A DNA stretch of 64,000 bases from Guillardia theta CCMP2712 (Eukaryota > Protista > Cryptophyta): assembly GCF_000315625.1 (NCBI RefSeq), contig NW_005434567.1, forward strand, positions 1 through 64,000, in the 5' to 3' direction. The position numbers were made by a program, and so were the translations under genes. The notes under the pieces were generated by a model. It made no database searches, was not told the origin of the DNA, and saw only the letters and a list, made by a program, of their open reading frames with translations. Each line of letters opens with the position of its first letter. Position 1 is the first letter of the stretch. Below are positions 1 to 12,100 of the stretch, piece after piece.

Positions 1-70
<70 letters not shown>
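1..70. repeat. (GA)n microsatellite
   Basis: Near-perfect GA run at the window start, probably intronic in the MORN gene. Confidence 0.95.
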
Positions 71-72
<2 letters not shown>

Positions 73-222
73 GGAAAGGAGGAAGGGGAGGGGGAGGGGG
101 AAATAAGGAGGAGGAGAACAAAGCGAAAGAAGTAAGAAGGAGGATGGAGGAGGTGGGAGAAGTTGGAAGGTGAGAATGGAAGGATGAGGCTGTAGATAAA
201 GGAGGAGGAAGCGACAGAATAC

Positions 223-967
223 CTCGTCATCAGCTGCGAGCACTGACAGGTCAAGAAGCATGAGCGCAAGAACAGACAGCAAGGAATGTCAGGCACCTTT
301 CCTCTGCGAGATGCTGCCCTCCTCGAAGATAACCATCGACCCGTCTTGTTTCCTCAGCACACCGCTGAAAGGCTTCCCCTCTGCTACTTGCCCCTCGAAC
401 CTCGACCCGTTCCTCCATCGTATCCTCCCTCGGCCTGTCGCTCGGTTGACGTCCGCTGCCACCTCCTCTCCTCTCTCCTCTCCTCTCCTCTCCTCTCCTC
501 TCCTCTCCTTCCCCTCCTTTCCTTCTCTCATCTCCCCTCCCTCTCTCCCCTCCCTCTCTCCCCTCCTCTCCTCTCCTCCGTTCTGCTCTCCTCTCCTCTC
601 CTTTCATCACGCGCTCACCTTCAGGTACGCCATTCTTCCACTCTCCTTCATATCGGATCATGGTGTCGCAGTACAGAATGCAGCCTTGCCCATGCGGGAG
701 CCCGTCCTCGTCCCGTCCTCCCACATACACGTCCTTGCTCGGCCTGCCCTCTCTTTCCTTCTCCAAGTCGTCGAGCAGTCGTGACAGTTGGATGTTGTAC
801 ACATCCATGTGCGAGTCGATCTCCTCCTCCTCCTCCTCGTGTCTGCCGCGTTCGCTACTATCGCTGTTCTCACCGGCGAGGTACGCGTCCTGATCCATCA
901 TCTGATCTGGCACCAGGCTCAGCTGCTCCTCTTTAGTATACGTCGCTTCTCTCTCCTGATGTTTCAC
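223..967 (-). CDS. MORN-repeat protein (multi-exon, 3' end runs off the window)
   Basis: YVGGRDEDGLPHGQGCILY, RYEGEWKNGVPEG, and after a GA-rich intron ATGRGRIRWRNGSRFEGQVAEGKPFSG match the MORN consensus YxGxWxxGxxxGxG. Start codon uncertain (possibly ATG at 901). Confidence 0.75.
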
Positions 968-1435
968 GACTCATGACGACAACTTGACCTCCTCTCGCTC
1001 ACCACCTATCCTTCTACCATCTCTCTCTCTCACACACACAGTGGAAGCATCAGGATCCGAAGCTCTAGCCCAACTTCAACTCAATCAGTGCCGTTCACGG
1101 TTAGCAGGCTTCAAGTCGAGTCCTCCCCTCCTCCAAGCAGAGCCTCACGGTACGGTCCGACGGTCACTGGAGCCTGACTGAGCTGACTGATCCGCCATGT
1201 ACGGTCGCCGTCATCGCCGCCACTCAGCCTCCTCTTGCGTTCGCAAGTTCGACATGGCCAGGACTCCAGGCCCGTACGACGATAGTTACCACGACCGTTG
1301 AAAATCCGTTGCTACTGCAACCCCCGATGCAACGAAATTGATAGTTCTGACCACCATAGGAAAAGCGAGTCTGCCTCAGAGTCTTGAATAGGAAAAAGTT
1401 TAGTCAAGGTAATTGAGCCAGCACGTGCGGTCGCC

Positions 1436-3182
1436 ATGGCCAAAGGAATGCGCAACAGAGACGAGGAGGGGGACGCGGGGAGGAAGAGGAAGGCAGCCAA
1501 GACAGATGCCTCCAGCAGGCCGACGCTAGAAGCTCAGATGAAGGGCGAGGAGACGGCAATGCCCCAGCCCAGGAAGAATCAGAAGAAGCCTCTCAAGTCG
1601 AGGATCTTCAAGAAGTTGAGGAAGGCTGAGAAGGAGGAGAACGACAAGGACGACGATGCTGTCGAGGAGATGGCGGACTCCAAGGTGATGAAGCAGGCTC
1701 AGCTGCAGGCCCTCGAGCTCAAGAAGGAGGACTTTGAGGATGGAGGCGACGAGATGGGTGCGGAGGAGGAGGATAACCTCGAGTATGACAGCGACGATGC
1801 ACAGTCTCAGTTCACAGCGACTTCTGGGATCGATGACTACGAGCAGTACATCAAGGAGGAGCAACAGATCACAGAGGAGGAAGAGGAGGCGTTCAATCTC
1901 TTTCTCAAGCCCAGACAAGGGAAGGTAAAGACGATCGCGGACCTCATCGAGGAGAAAATGCGCGAGCGCCAGACAACAGGAGAAGATGTTGAGATGGAGG
2001 AGCTAGGTTACGACGACATCGATCCCAAGGTGGTCGAAGTTTACAAGAATGTTGGGAAGTTGTTGTCAAGATACAAGTCAGGGAAGCTGCCAAAGGCTCT
2101 CAAGGTCGTCCCTTCACTGTCAAACTGGGAGCAGATCGTTTGGATCATGGAGCCGGAGGCATGGAGCAACCACGCGTACTATGCGTGCACGCGGATCTTT
2201 GCTTCCTGCTTGCAGGATCAGATGGCACAGAGATTTTACAACCTCGTCCTCTTGCCTAGAGTGATAGACGACCTGAAGCAAAACAAGCGCCTCAACTACC
2301 ACTTGTACCAGGCCCTCAAGAAGTGCTGCTACAAACCCGCAGCGTTCTACAAGGGCATCGTGCTGCCCATCTGTGACTCCGGATCTTGTACTCTTCGAGA
2401 AGCCACCGTGTTGAGCTCAGTGATCAAGAAGGTGATGACTGCAGGCTCTTTCAAAGGGTTCTGATGAAAACCTTCAGGTCTCTATCCCAGTCCTCCACTC
2501 CAGCGCTGCCCTGCTCAGACTTGCCATGTCGAAGGTGTACACTGGCTCAGAGTCGATCTTCATCAAGGTTTCTTGCTCTTCTCGCGCTCTTGGCGAGCTT
2601 ACCTCTGCGTCCAGACTCTGCTGGACAAGAAGTACGCCTTGCCGTACCGCGTCATCGATGCCGTGAGCCTCCTCCTCCTCCTCCTCCTCCTCCTCCTCCT
2701 CCTCCTCCTCCTCCTGCCCGACGTGCTCGTGACAGCATGCAGGTGGTGGAGCACTTTGTGCAGTTCAAGAATGAGACGAGAGAGCTTCCAGTCAAGTGGC
2801 ACCAATCCCTCCTCGTCTTCTCGCAGGTCAGACTCCTCGCTCCTGCGTCTCCCCAAGTGTACATGCGAGCTGACTTTGTCTGTCTGTGAACGCAGCGGTA
2901 CAAGAACAACCTCTCTGCACAGCAGAAGGAAGGCATCAAACAGGTCGCTCCGAGTTTGAGTGGAACGTGAGGTATGCTGACGAAGAGTGAGAGTAGGTCA
3001 TGAGGGTACATTCACATTACGCCATCACGCCGGAGATCCGGCGCGAGCTTTTCTCCCAGCAATCTCAGGTGGAGCATGTTGGTTCTTCCTTGTTGTCTCT
3101 CACCCATCCATAGAATGATGCCTCGATGCTCTCGGCAAAACTCAGCACGACCAGTCAGAGGCTAGATCAGATCATGCCTTGA
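1436..3182 (+). CDS. BYSL: Bystin / Enp1 (40S ribosome biogenesis factor), about 7 exons
   Basis: KVVEVYKNVGKLLSRYKSGKLPKALKVVPSL, YACTRIFAS, LNYHLYQALKK, KPAAFYKGI, TLREA, LLDKKYALPYRVIDA, LPVKWHQSLLVF, ITPEIRREL are bystin hallmarks. GT-AG introns start at 2432; stop TGA at 3180-3182. Confidence 0.95.
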
Positions 3183-3390
3183 GGGCCGAGTTTATTTTTC
3201 TTTATGTAAAATACAGAATCACTAGATCAACACTGATGGAATTGCGTCAAATCCAAGCTAGGAGTGCTCCTCCTCCACCTGCACCTGCACCCTCACCTGC
3301 CTCCTCGCTTTTCCTCCACCCCCCGTCCTGCACTGAAATCCTCAACCATCACCCCCTTCCCTTCCTTCACCTTCATCTATCGTTCTGATG

Positions 3391-3391
3391 T

Positions 3392-3455
<64 letters not shown>

Positions 3456-3495
3456 TTGCTCCTGCTCTTGCTCCTCCGCTCCTCCTGCTCCTGCT
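3391..3495. repeat. (CTCCTG)n hexamer microsatellite
   Basis: Tandem CTCCTG/CTCTTG units. Confidence 0.9.
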
Positions 3496-4210
3496 CCCCT
3501 TTCCCCTCCCCCGCCCTGTTACTCCTGTGCGAGCATTTTGTACCTTTGTTCTGTTCCTACCAAGAATGTGACCACCTACCCTGCCCTATTACCGTTCACA
3601 CCACCTCCAGTTTTCCACCACCCCTACCGTATTCAGCCAGATTGAAGACCCTGAAGCACCATGTACCCTAAGTTTTCAGAAAGAAAATACCGGTACTTGG
3701 TTGAGAATGCCCACCCCCCGAAAGGAATAGTCTCGAAAACACGACCCCTTACCCCCTCCTCTCACACGATCCTCTCCCCCACCCGTCCTCTCGGTATCCC
3801 CTTGGGTTCTGCTCCACGTCGGTCACAGCTCCTCCCCTCCCCTCCCTCCCTCTCCCTTCCTCCCTCCCCCTTCCTCCCTCCCCCTCCTCCCTCCTCCTTC
3901 TCCTCTTCTCGTTCCTTCTTCTCTCCTCCTCTCCTCTCGTTCTCCCCTCTTTCTCGCCTTTCCTCTCCTTCCCGCCCTCCTCTCTACTCAACTTCTTGGC
4001 GCCCCCCTCCCCCCCTCCCGCCCCCCTCCCGCCCCCTCCTTATACACCGAGCCTGAATCTCCTCAACATCGTTGGATACCCCTTCTTCTCTCTTTCATCT
4101 TCTTCCACCTTACTTCTTCATCCGCATAACCTCCACCCTCTTGCCTCCCCCTTCCACCCTCTGACTTCATCTTCTTCCCTCTCTCCGTCGACCCACTTGC
4201 CAGATTGTAG

Positions 4211-5716
4211 ATGTGCAATCATGCGATGGACTGCGCCGCGTGCGGAGGCAGCGGCAGCTTTGAGCAGACAGCAACTCTATCCTTCTCATCTAGGACCGTT
4301 GAGTGCCGACGATGCAGGGGGAAGGGATCCACCATGATCAGGGAGGGGCCAGCGCTCCTGGCGCTGCCCAAGAGAGTGACTTTCTCGAGCCAGTGCCACC
4401 TGCCGTCCATGTTGAAGCACTTTGTGTCGAGAGGAGGGAAGCGGTACACGGTGACGGGCATGCGCGTGATCCTGAACAGGAAGGAGATCGAGTTCGATCT
4501 GAGCGATTTCATCTGTCCCATCACGGGGGACCTGATGAGCGACCCGGTCATGGACAGGCAGGGGCACACGTACGAGCGCAAGGCCATCGAGCAATGGCTG
4601 GAGCGAAGTTGCAACTCACCGATGACTCGCTATCCTCTCTCCAAGGCAGACCTCAAGAGCAACGAGCCGCTGAGGAAGGCAATCCAGAAGTACCAGGACA
4701 AGTCAGTCGGCGAGCGGGCAGATCAGAGTGCAGCTGGCAAGGACCAGGAGAAGATGACAATGAATAGCCTGGAGAAAGAGGAGGATGGTTCCTCCAACTA
4801 CTTGGTGCACATGATCATAGTGAACTTCGCCGACAGCTCCATGCTCTCCTCGTTTCTTACCACCGAGTCCTGTGAGCTGATTGAAGGATCGCCCTTCGAG
4901 ATGATCCTTGCAGAGCCGGTCCAGGGCCTCCATACCTTCACGGTTGTGATCATAGCGGAGTCAGATAAGTTCTACTTCATACATGCTTATCCTTCGAACA
5001 AGATGACTTCAGAGGACAACGTGCAGTTTCGCAAGATGGCTCTGGCGTTGCAGACCAAGGTCCTAGGCTTCCCTCGGGATGTCAAGTCCATCACGTTGCA
5101 CATAAGGAGTGTCTACCGTGTCGAGCAGCCGGGCTGGGACAGGAGCGTCGTCGATTTTGTTTTCGACGACGAGAGCGTCTTCGAGCGCGCAGAGCTGGTC
5201 CAGAGCAGCAGCTACACACGATGCCTCAAACCTCCTGACAAAGAGGAAGCTGCTCCTCAGCCGCGATCCCCGGAGAAGTCCCATCCTCCGCCCAGGTCCC
5301 AGACGCCAAAGTCGCAAGCCTCCTCCTCCTCTCTTGCTCCTATAAGATCCAGCCCTGACCCAGCCCCCAAACAGAAACCGAAGAGTCAGTTCCGTCAGTT
5401 TCCCGGGACTGTAGCGGACGTGAAGGACCACTACAGCATCGTCAAGATTGACGCCGGCGATGGCACGAACAGCTCGGCGTATGTTCCGAGCAAGAAGGCT
5501 GACCCCAAGAAGCTCAGGAAGGGATTGGAGGTCATCCTGATAGAGCAGTGGAACGAGCCCAAGGGGGAGTGGATCGTGGCCTACCTGCGCTTGACCGATG
5601 GGTCGAGAGTCGAGTCGCAGACCCCGCAGAAGAAGAAGGTGGAGCAGCACCAGGTCGAGACTCACGACCTATGGGTTCTCTTCATCCACGACGTGGAGGT
5701 CCGGCGCAAGTCTTGA
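4211..5716 (+). CDS. U-box E3 ligase-like protein with N-terminal CxxCxGxG zinc motifs
   Basis: FICPITGDLMSDPV...GHTYERKAIEQWL...SPMTRYPL...LKSNEPLRKAI is a U-box; N-terminal CAACGGSG and CRRCRGKG; uninterrupted 501-aa ORF. Confidence 0.85.
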   Translation: MCNHAMDCAACGGSGSFEQTATLSFSSRTVECRRCRGKGSTMIREGPALLALPKRVTFSSQCHLPSMLKHFVSRGGKRYTVTGMRVILNRKEIEFDLSDFICPITGDLMSDPVMDRQGHTYERKAIEQWLERSCNSPMTRYPLSKADLKSNEPLRKAIQKYQDKSVGERADQSAAGKDQEKMTMNSLEKEEDGSSNYLVHMIIVNFADSSMLSSFLTTESCELIEGSPFEMILAEPVQGLHTFTVVIIAESDKFYFIHAYPSNKMTSEDNVQFRKMALALQTKVLGFPRDVKSITLHIRSVYRVEQPGWDRSVVDFVFDDESVFERAELVQSSSYTRCLKPPDKEEAAPQPRSPEKSHPPPRSQTPKSQASSSSLAPIRSSPDPAPKQKPKSQFRQFPGTVADVKDHYSIVKIDAGDGTNSSAYVPSKKADPKKLRKGLEVILIEQWNEPKGEWIVAYLRLTDGSRVESQTPQKKKVEQHQVETHDLWVLFIHDVEVRRKS

Positions 5717-6028
5717 TGCTCTGTCCGAGCCCCAAGTCTCCTCCCTTGGAGAGAGGAGGAAGCGTCAGGGCATCCGAAACTCATATTTTGCATGTTGCAA
5801 TCTTGTAGTCTTCGTTATGTAGAAGTCAAAGTTCATCGCGTTTCTCACCAGCACATAGTTCCGAATTACCTTGATTATGTGAGGATGGAATGAAACACGG
5901 ATACAAGTCAGTTCAGCGTTCTTTATTCATCATATCATTTAACCCGAACGCCTTATCGTTGGGTTATTAACAATTCGATCGAGTGTTCCTTTGGCCGTCC
6001 GAGGGCCCTCAAAGTCTTCACGTCCTCA

Positions 6029-7193
6029 TTACCGCTTGAGACCACGGCAATCGGGCGTGGGCTGTCCGTAGTAGGCCAGCACAGCATCGTTGAGCAGCCC
6101 GTAGTCGAAGGTGAGCTCCTCTCCAGCCTGATACTCCTTGGCAGCAGAGATGAAACCACGGTTAGAAGCCTTCTGGGCAGACTCGCGGCGATGGTTGGGG
6201 ATGTCGGAGAAGGGAACCATGAGCTTGTCACCGTTGCCGTTCTGTTGGCCCCACCCGCAAGTGACCAGGGTGTTGAAGCCCCACAGGATCTCGTCACGGG
6301 TGAACTGGAACTCAGGTGGAGCCCATGGCTCGATGTTCTTCTTGTACCACTCGTAGAAGTTGTTGAACGTACGACGCATCATCACTCCGAGGTTGTAAGT
6401 GTTCTCACACCCGGGCCTTCTCAGCAGCGTCTTCATCTGGGGCTCCGTCAGGAACATGATGTTGTTGTACTGCCTTCTGAGGAGCTTGAAGTAGGGGAAC
6501 CAGAACGAGTCCTTTCCAAGCTTGTCCTCATGCACGACATGGAGGATCACCATCAAGTCAGGATAGCACTTGTCTTGCTTGAGACGCTGGAAGACGTGAC
6601 CGGCCTTGCCCTGCCATCTCTACATGAGCAGCTGAAGCATAACAATGGACGTGGCAAATTTTGAGAAGAATCGATCGAGGTGAATAGTGGATAAACTTTC
6701 GTTTCCTACCTTCATAGCGGTCTTCTCATCTAAACGGAGGTTTCTGGGGAAAGAAACGATAGTTTCACCTCTCCTCATGCGCTCCTTGAAGTAAACACCC
6801 TGCCTTCCGTTCCTAACCTACGAAAAACACATCAGAAATGAAGAAAAATCCACATGAAAGCTTACCTTGACAGTCAACTTTGAGCTGATGATCCCTCCAT
6901 TGGAGCGGAACCACTTCACAAAGGCAGTCCAGTCCTCCTGCACCCAAGTCTGACTACAACTAGACGAGTGGACGGATAAGTCCGAGCACCTGGAGCTGCG
7001 CCTGCTGGTCGGCCCCTGAGGCTGCACCCTGGTCTCCAGCAGCAACGTCGCCCCCAGCAGACCCCGACGCGACATCGGTTCCTCCACCTTGCTTCTGCTT
7101 GTCTCCGAGGTTCACAAAGAACTGACCCGTTACGATGCCACTCGCCAGGAGGATCACGGCAACGTGTAACAGCAGGTGCGCTGTCTTCGCCAT
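6029..7193 (-). CDS. SET-domain lysine methyltransferase (Rubisco LSMT/SETD3-like class) with N-terminal signal peptide, multi-exon
   Basis: WTAFVKWFRSNGG, RQGVYF, GETIVSFP, SFWFPYFKLL, LMVPFSDIPNH, YQAGEELTFDYGLLNDAVLAYYG; hydrophobic N-terminus MAKTAHLLLHVAVILLASGIVTG (ATG at 7193). Confidence 0.85.
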
Positions 7194-7440
7194 GCTGTGC
7201 ATTGAGTTAGCGAATGGAGCCGGGGCTGCCAGATGGCAGGTGCGGGTTCGAGCATGGGATTGTGAGGAGCAGCAGGAAGCTACGAAGGGTTTCCTTTGTC
7301 TATCCAAACAAAAAGAAGAATCTAGGTAGAACTGTAATGCTCGTCCTTCTGGCAGATTGTTTCCCAAGGTTGTAATACTCTATTGCATGACTAAACTTCC
7401 CCATGAATTGCAAATAGAAATATTCTCATCCACTCACCTG

Positions 7441-7490
7441 CTCCTGACTGTCTAATGCCCTTGCACTCCTGACTGTCTAATGCCCTTGCA
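7441..7490. repeat. 25-bp perfect tandem duplication
   Basis: CTCCTGACTGTCTAATGCCCTTGCA x2. Confidence 0.95.
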
Positions 7491-7719
7491 TGATTCATCT
7501 CTTCAGTGCGCACACTTTTCCAACTGATACATTATCCCTTCCTACCCCTCCGCTTGATCAGCATGCACCTGTGTATACCAGGCGCTCGTTCAACATAACC
7601 ATTTCATGTTGCAATGCTACATATTCTCCACTCCCGCACATTTCCACTCATGTCGCTTCGTCGCATCTCCTTCCCTCCATTACTTCGATCCTCTGCATGC
7701 GTCTCCCGCCATCCTCTCC

Positions 7720-8640
7720 CACTACCCTTCCACCCCACCGACCTCACCACCCTAGCATTACTACCCCACCTCTAATAGTAAACCTCCCGACACCTGTTCA
7801 GATACCAGGAGGTTTACCACCCCTACAAGTTTATACAAAGTACCCCCCGTCTCCCTTACATTTCCATCGTGACCGCTGGATGGAAGTGTTTCAATATGGA
7901 TTCGAGGGTAGGGGTATACACCCTACCCTATGAATCATGGGCTCTTGAGGATGTAGACCGCTCGATTCCACGTATGGGGTGGGTGATCATTGCGAATACA
8001 AGGGGTGGGGACTCGGGGACTCTGTGTGAGTAAAAAGCTTTTGGGGTGGCAGATGTTAACAGGAAGGGTGGGGTGGTGCAGATGGGGTGGTTCAACCCAT
8101 GGGGCTGAGGGCCTTGGTACGGGTGTGGCAGATTCACTAGGGGTGGGGAGGTACTCGCAGGGTTGGGGAAGGTAGGGTGGTCACCTGCATGGTGAGTCAT
8201 CGGGGACCTAGGCTCCCTAGCTGGTATTAGGAAAGCCCTATTCAGGTTCTAGCAGTCACCCGAAAAGCATAGGGAGGTCTATGGAAGCTCGGAATAAAAC
8301 AATAATAGTTGTACGAGTTCATTGTAGGACGTAGGATCTTTCTAGTACCCCTTCCTATCTATATAGAATCTTATTAGGCAGTACTGGGTACAAACTGGGG
8401 GGTGGATAGGGTAGGGACGGTTGGCCCGCCGGCTCCGGACAAGGTGGCATCGGGCCCGGAGGATGACAGTCTTTTAGTCACTGAATCCTGCTTCGCCGGC
8501 TGGATTCCGGCAAAAATATAAGATGGTTTAGTCAAATTTGTAGAAGAGGGGGTCGCTATCTGTGGGGTGGGGGTCATTTTATCTGCAGGGAGGGGGTGGG
8601 TTAATCTTGAGAACTGAAAACAGAGGGTGGGGTGGTCAGA
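7720..8640. other. ACCC/GGGT-rich intergenic tract with a strand switch near 7950
   Basis: TACCC/CACCC words dominate the left part, GGGT/GGGGT words the right part; lies between the divergent SET and PKA-R genes. Confidence 0.7.
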
Positions 8641-9110
8641 ACAGAAATGGCAGGAATGCGCAGCAGGCTGGTAGGTCGCTAGTGCGTAAGAGAGAGGAGG
8701 AGGAGCGCGAGAGGTATCATGAGAGAGGAGAGGACGATGATGCGAGGAGAAGATAGCTGCTGAAAGATCATCCCCCCCCTGCCCACCCGCACCATCACGT
8801 GTTGGGTTCTCAAGCAGGGAATTTCAGACCTTTTGGTGGCAACGAGGATCGAGATCGTAGCGCTTCGAGGATCGCTGATACATTTGGTGCCAGAGGCCGA
8901 GCCGCGCATGATGAGGAAGTGCTCATAGGCGATTGGAGATCTGACGAGCCTGACGATGTTGGGGTTCAATCTGTTTGGGCGCATTTCAAAGTTTTTGTTC
9001 GATTCAAGGGTAAGTTGCAGTTGGCCTACCACAGTGACCATCTAATGTTGAACTGATTGCGTTCAAGGCATCGGGAGGTGTGAGCAGCCATCTTCCTGAA
9101 TTCAACGAGC

Positions 9111-12100
9111 ATGAAAAGGATCTCGTCAAGCTGCTCCACAATCTTGAGCGATCAAGGTCTCACCTGCAACGGCTTGAAAGTTCCGGGTACTCGGACCATC
9201 TGGACCAATGTTAGTATGATTGTTTCCCGCAGGTCGAAGGGGGATATGGTGATCACAGCGCAAGCAGATGTGATTTCTCTGCAGCAAGAAGTTATCGCCG
9301 CGTTGCAGCATGTGAACGTAGATGTCCTTGTTTGGAGATGGAGAGGTTCATTGTTTCTCAGGGATCTTCGCACGGGCATGAGAAGGAAGAGCCTGTTCAG
9401 CCCACGAATGTGTCGGCTCATCCCAGAAGACGCAGAGGTTGACTGGATTCGGTTTGTGCGAGCATGTCTCCACATAACTATGTGCTTGTTGGACTCTACA
9501 GGCGCTGTCAGTTCTGAAAGCATGGGGCCAGTTCTGGTTTCGGCATCAATATCTAAAGTTGTCATCCCGAAGGTGGAGCAGGAGAAGCAGAAGCTAGCTT
9601 CTGTTCTCAAAGAGATGGTGATCTTCAGGTGATTCTACCTCCTTGCCTCCTTGGATCCGATTTCACTTAAAACTTGTTGTGACCTTCGACTTGGCAGTGA
9701 CGTGCACGATGAAGACATCCATGCTCTGGTAGATGCGTTCGCGCCGGAATGGTGTGCGGCAGAGACCGTGATCATGCGCAAGGGAGACATGGGCGACAAG
9801 TTCTACATCGTTGACAAAGGAGTGTGTGATTGCTTCGTTGCGAGGTAGCACTACCTTGCCGGAGCTCCTTGGTCGACTGACTTTCTGCGTCACGACAGTG
9901 CAGAAGGCGGGTCAATGCTCATATGTACAGTGACAGAGGGCAAAGGCGTTGGAGAACTTGCCCTTCTCTACAATGCCCCCCGGGCCGCGACCGTAGTGGC
10001 AAGAACCGATTGCTACTTGTGGTCTTTGGACCGGGGCACGTTCCAGTGCCTTGTGCTGTCTGCCACCGCCCGGCGACGGAGACAGTACAAAGAGTTCCTT
10101 CGCGGCGTACCCATCCTGTCCAACCTGACGGCGGAGGAGCTTGCGAAGGTGGCAGACGTGATGGAAGCCAAGTGGTTCGAGGGAGGAGAGTACATAATTG
10201 AACAGGGGGAGGACGGTGATACCATGTTCTTCATCGAGGAGGGTTCGGCCATAGCCACCAAGAATGCCGGGCCGGGCAGGCCCTCTAAGAAACTGATGGA
10301 TTTCTCCAAGGGAGACTACTTTGGTGAGCTAGCACTGATCCGCAACGAGCCGCGAGCAGCCAACGTCATCGCAGTGAGTCGGTGCAAGGTCTGCATCATT
10401 GACAAGCAAGCCTTCGTTCGGCTCCTCGGCCCTTGCCTGGAGATCATGAGCCGCAGGATCCACCTGTACGAGGCGTTCTTGGACGAGGAGATCGTGCCTC
10501 CTTGCCTTGACTCGATCTTCCAGTGCGATCTCAACCTGCACCTCAACGCAGAGATGGACCCGGAGGGGCCGCAGCCTCCAAGGGCGAGGAGGAAGGCTGT
10601 CAGCGCAGCTCCCATCCAGATCAATCTGGCCCTGTGCTCTGAGCTGTCTTTGAACCTGACTGACGAGGACAAGGTCAAGCTCAAGAGTCTACTCAAGAAG
10701 ATCATCCTCTTCTCTCACCTCACTGACTCCGAGCTCGACTCCATGGTCAGCGCGTTCTTCGAGGTGGAGAAGAAGGCCGGAGACGTCATCATCTCCCAGG
10801 AGGAGGAGGGCGACAACTTCTACATCGTGGACTCTGGGGAGTGCGACATCTACGTCACGAAGAAGTCGGAGACTCGCCTGGTGGAGTGCGCGAGGGCGGG
10901 CGACTACTTTGGGGAGCTTGCGCTGATGTACAACTGCCCGAGGCTTGCGACGGTACGGGCCCGGACCAACGTGAAGCTTTTCGCGCTAGGGCAGGAGATC
11001 TTCAAGCACTTGCTCTGCTCGGCAGCGCAGGATCGGAGGAAGCAGTACGAGTCTTTCTTGCAGAACGTGCCGATCCTGAAGAGCCTGACGGCGGAGGAGC
11101 GGGGGAAGATCGCGGACGTGCTTGTGCAGACAACCTACGCAGACGGCGAATACATCATCAAGGAATTTGATTCTTGTGCAGACACTTTCTTCATAGTGTA
11201 CGAGGGGGAGGCGATAGCGACGAAGAGCGCGGAGGGAGCGGTGAAGGAGGTGATGAAGTACATGAAGGGGGACTACTTCGGAGAGCTGGCGCTACTGAAG
11301 CATGCGCCGCGAGCGGCGAACGTGGTAGCGAAGGGCAGGTGCACCGTTGTGAGCATTGACAGGGCGTCGTTCAATCGGCTGCTGGGCTCTTGCGATGAGA
11401 TTCTGAGGAGACACTGGCGAACTTATGAGCAGAACTCGTCTTCTGATAGTGATTCTGACTCATACAGGGATCCGTTTCCCATGGGCCCTTTGACGCTGAC
11501 GAGAAGGGGAGCGGTCAGCGCCTCGCCGTCCCTTCCGACTATCACGGACTTCCCGTCCAGCCCGAAGAGCTCGTTCCAACGGCTGCAGCTGTCGATCTCA
11601 CTCAAGAAGATCATCCTCTTCTCTCACCTCACTGACTCCGAGCTCGACTCCATGGTCAGCGCGTTCTTCGAGGTGGAGAAGAAGGCCGGAGACGTCATCA
11701 TCTCCCAGGAGGAGGAGGGCGACAACTTCTACATCGTGGACTCTGGGGAGTGCGACATCTACGTCACGAAGAAGTCGGAGACTCGTCTGGTGGAGTGCGC
11801 GAGGGCGGGCGACTACTTTGGGGAGCTTGCGCTGATGTACAACTGCCCGAGGCTTGCGACGGTACGGGCCCGGACCAACGTGAAGCTTTTCGCGCTAGGG
11901 CAGGAGATCTTCAAGCACTTGCTCTGCTCGGCAGCGCAGGATCGGAGGAAGCAGTACGAGTCTTTCTTGCAGAACGTGCCGATCCTGAAGAGCTTGACGG
12001 CGGAGGAGCGGGGGAAGATCGCGGACGTGCTTGTGCAGACAACCTATGCAGACGGCGAATACATCATTCGGCAGGACGAGGAGACGTCGGACACTTTCTT

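Noticed and set aside
3264-4337. Poly-L/P/S/E, ACLP and QAGR repeat ORFs here and throughout the window
   Set aside because: Translations of intronic or intergenic microsatellites.
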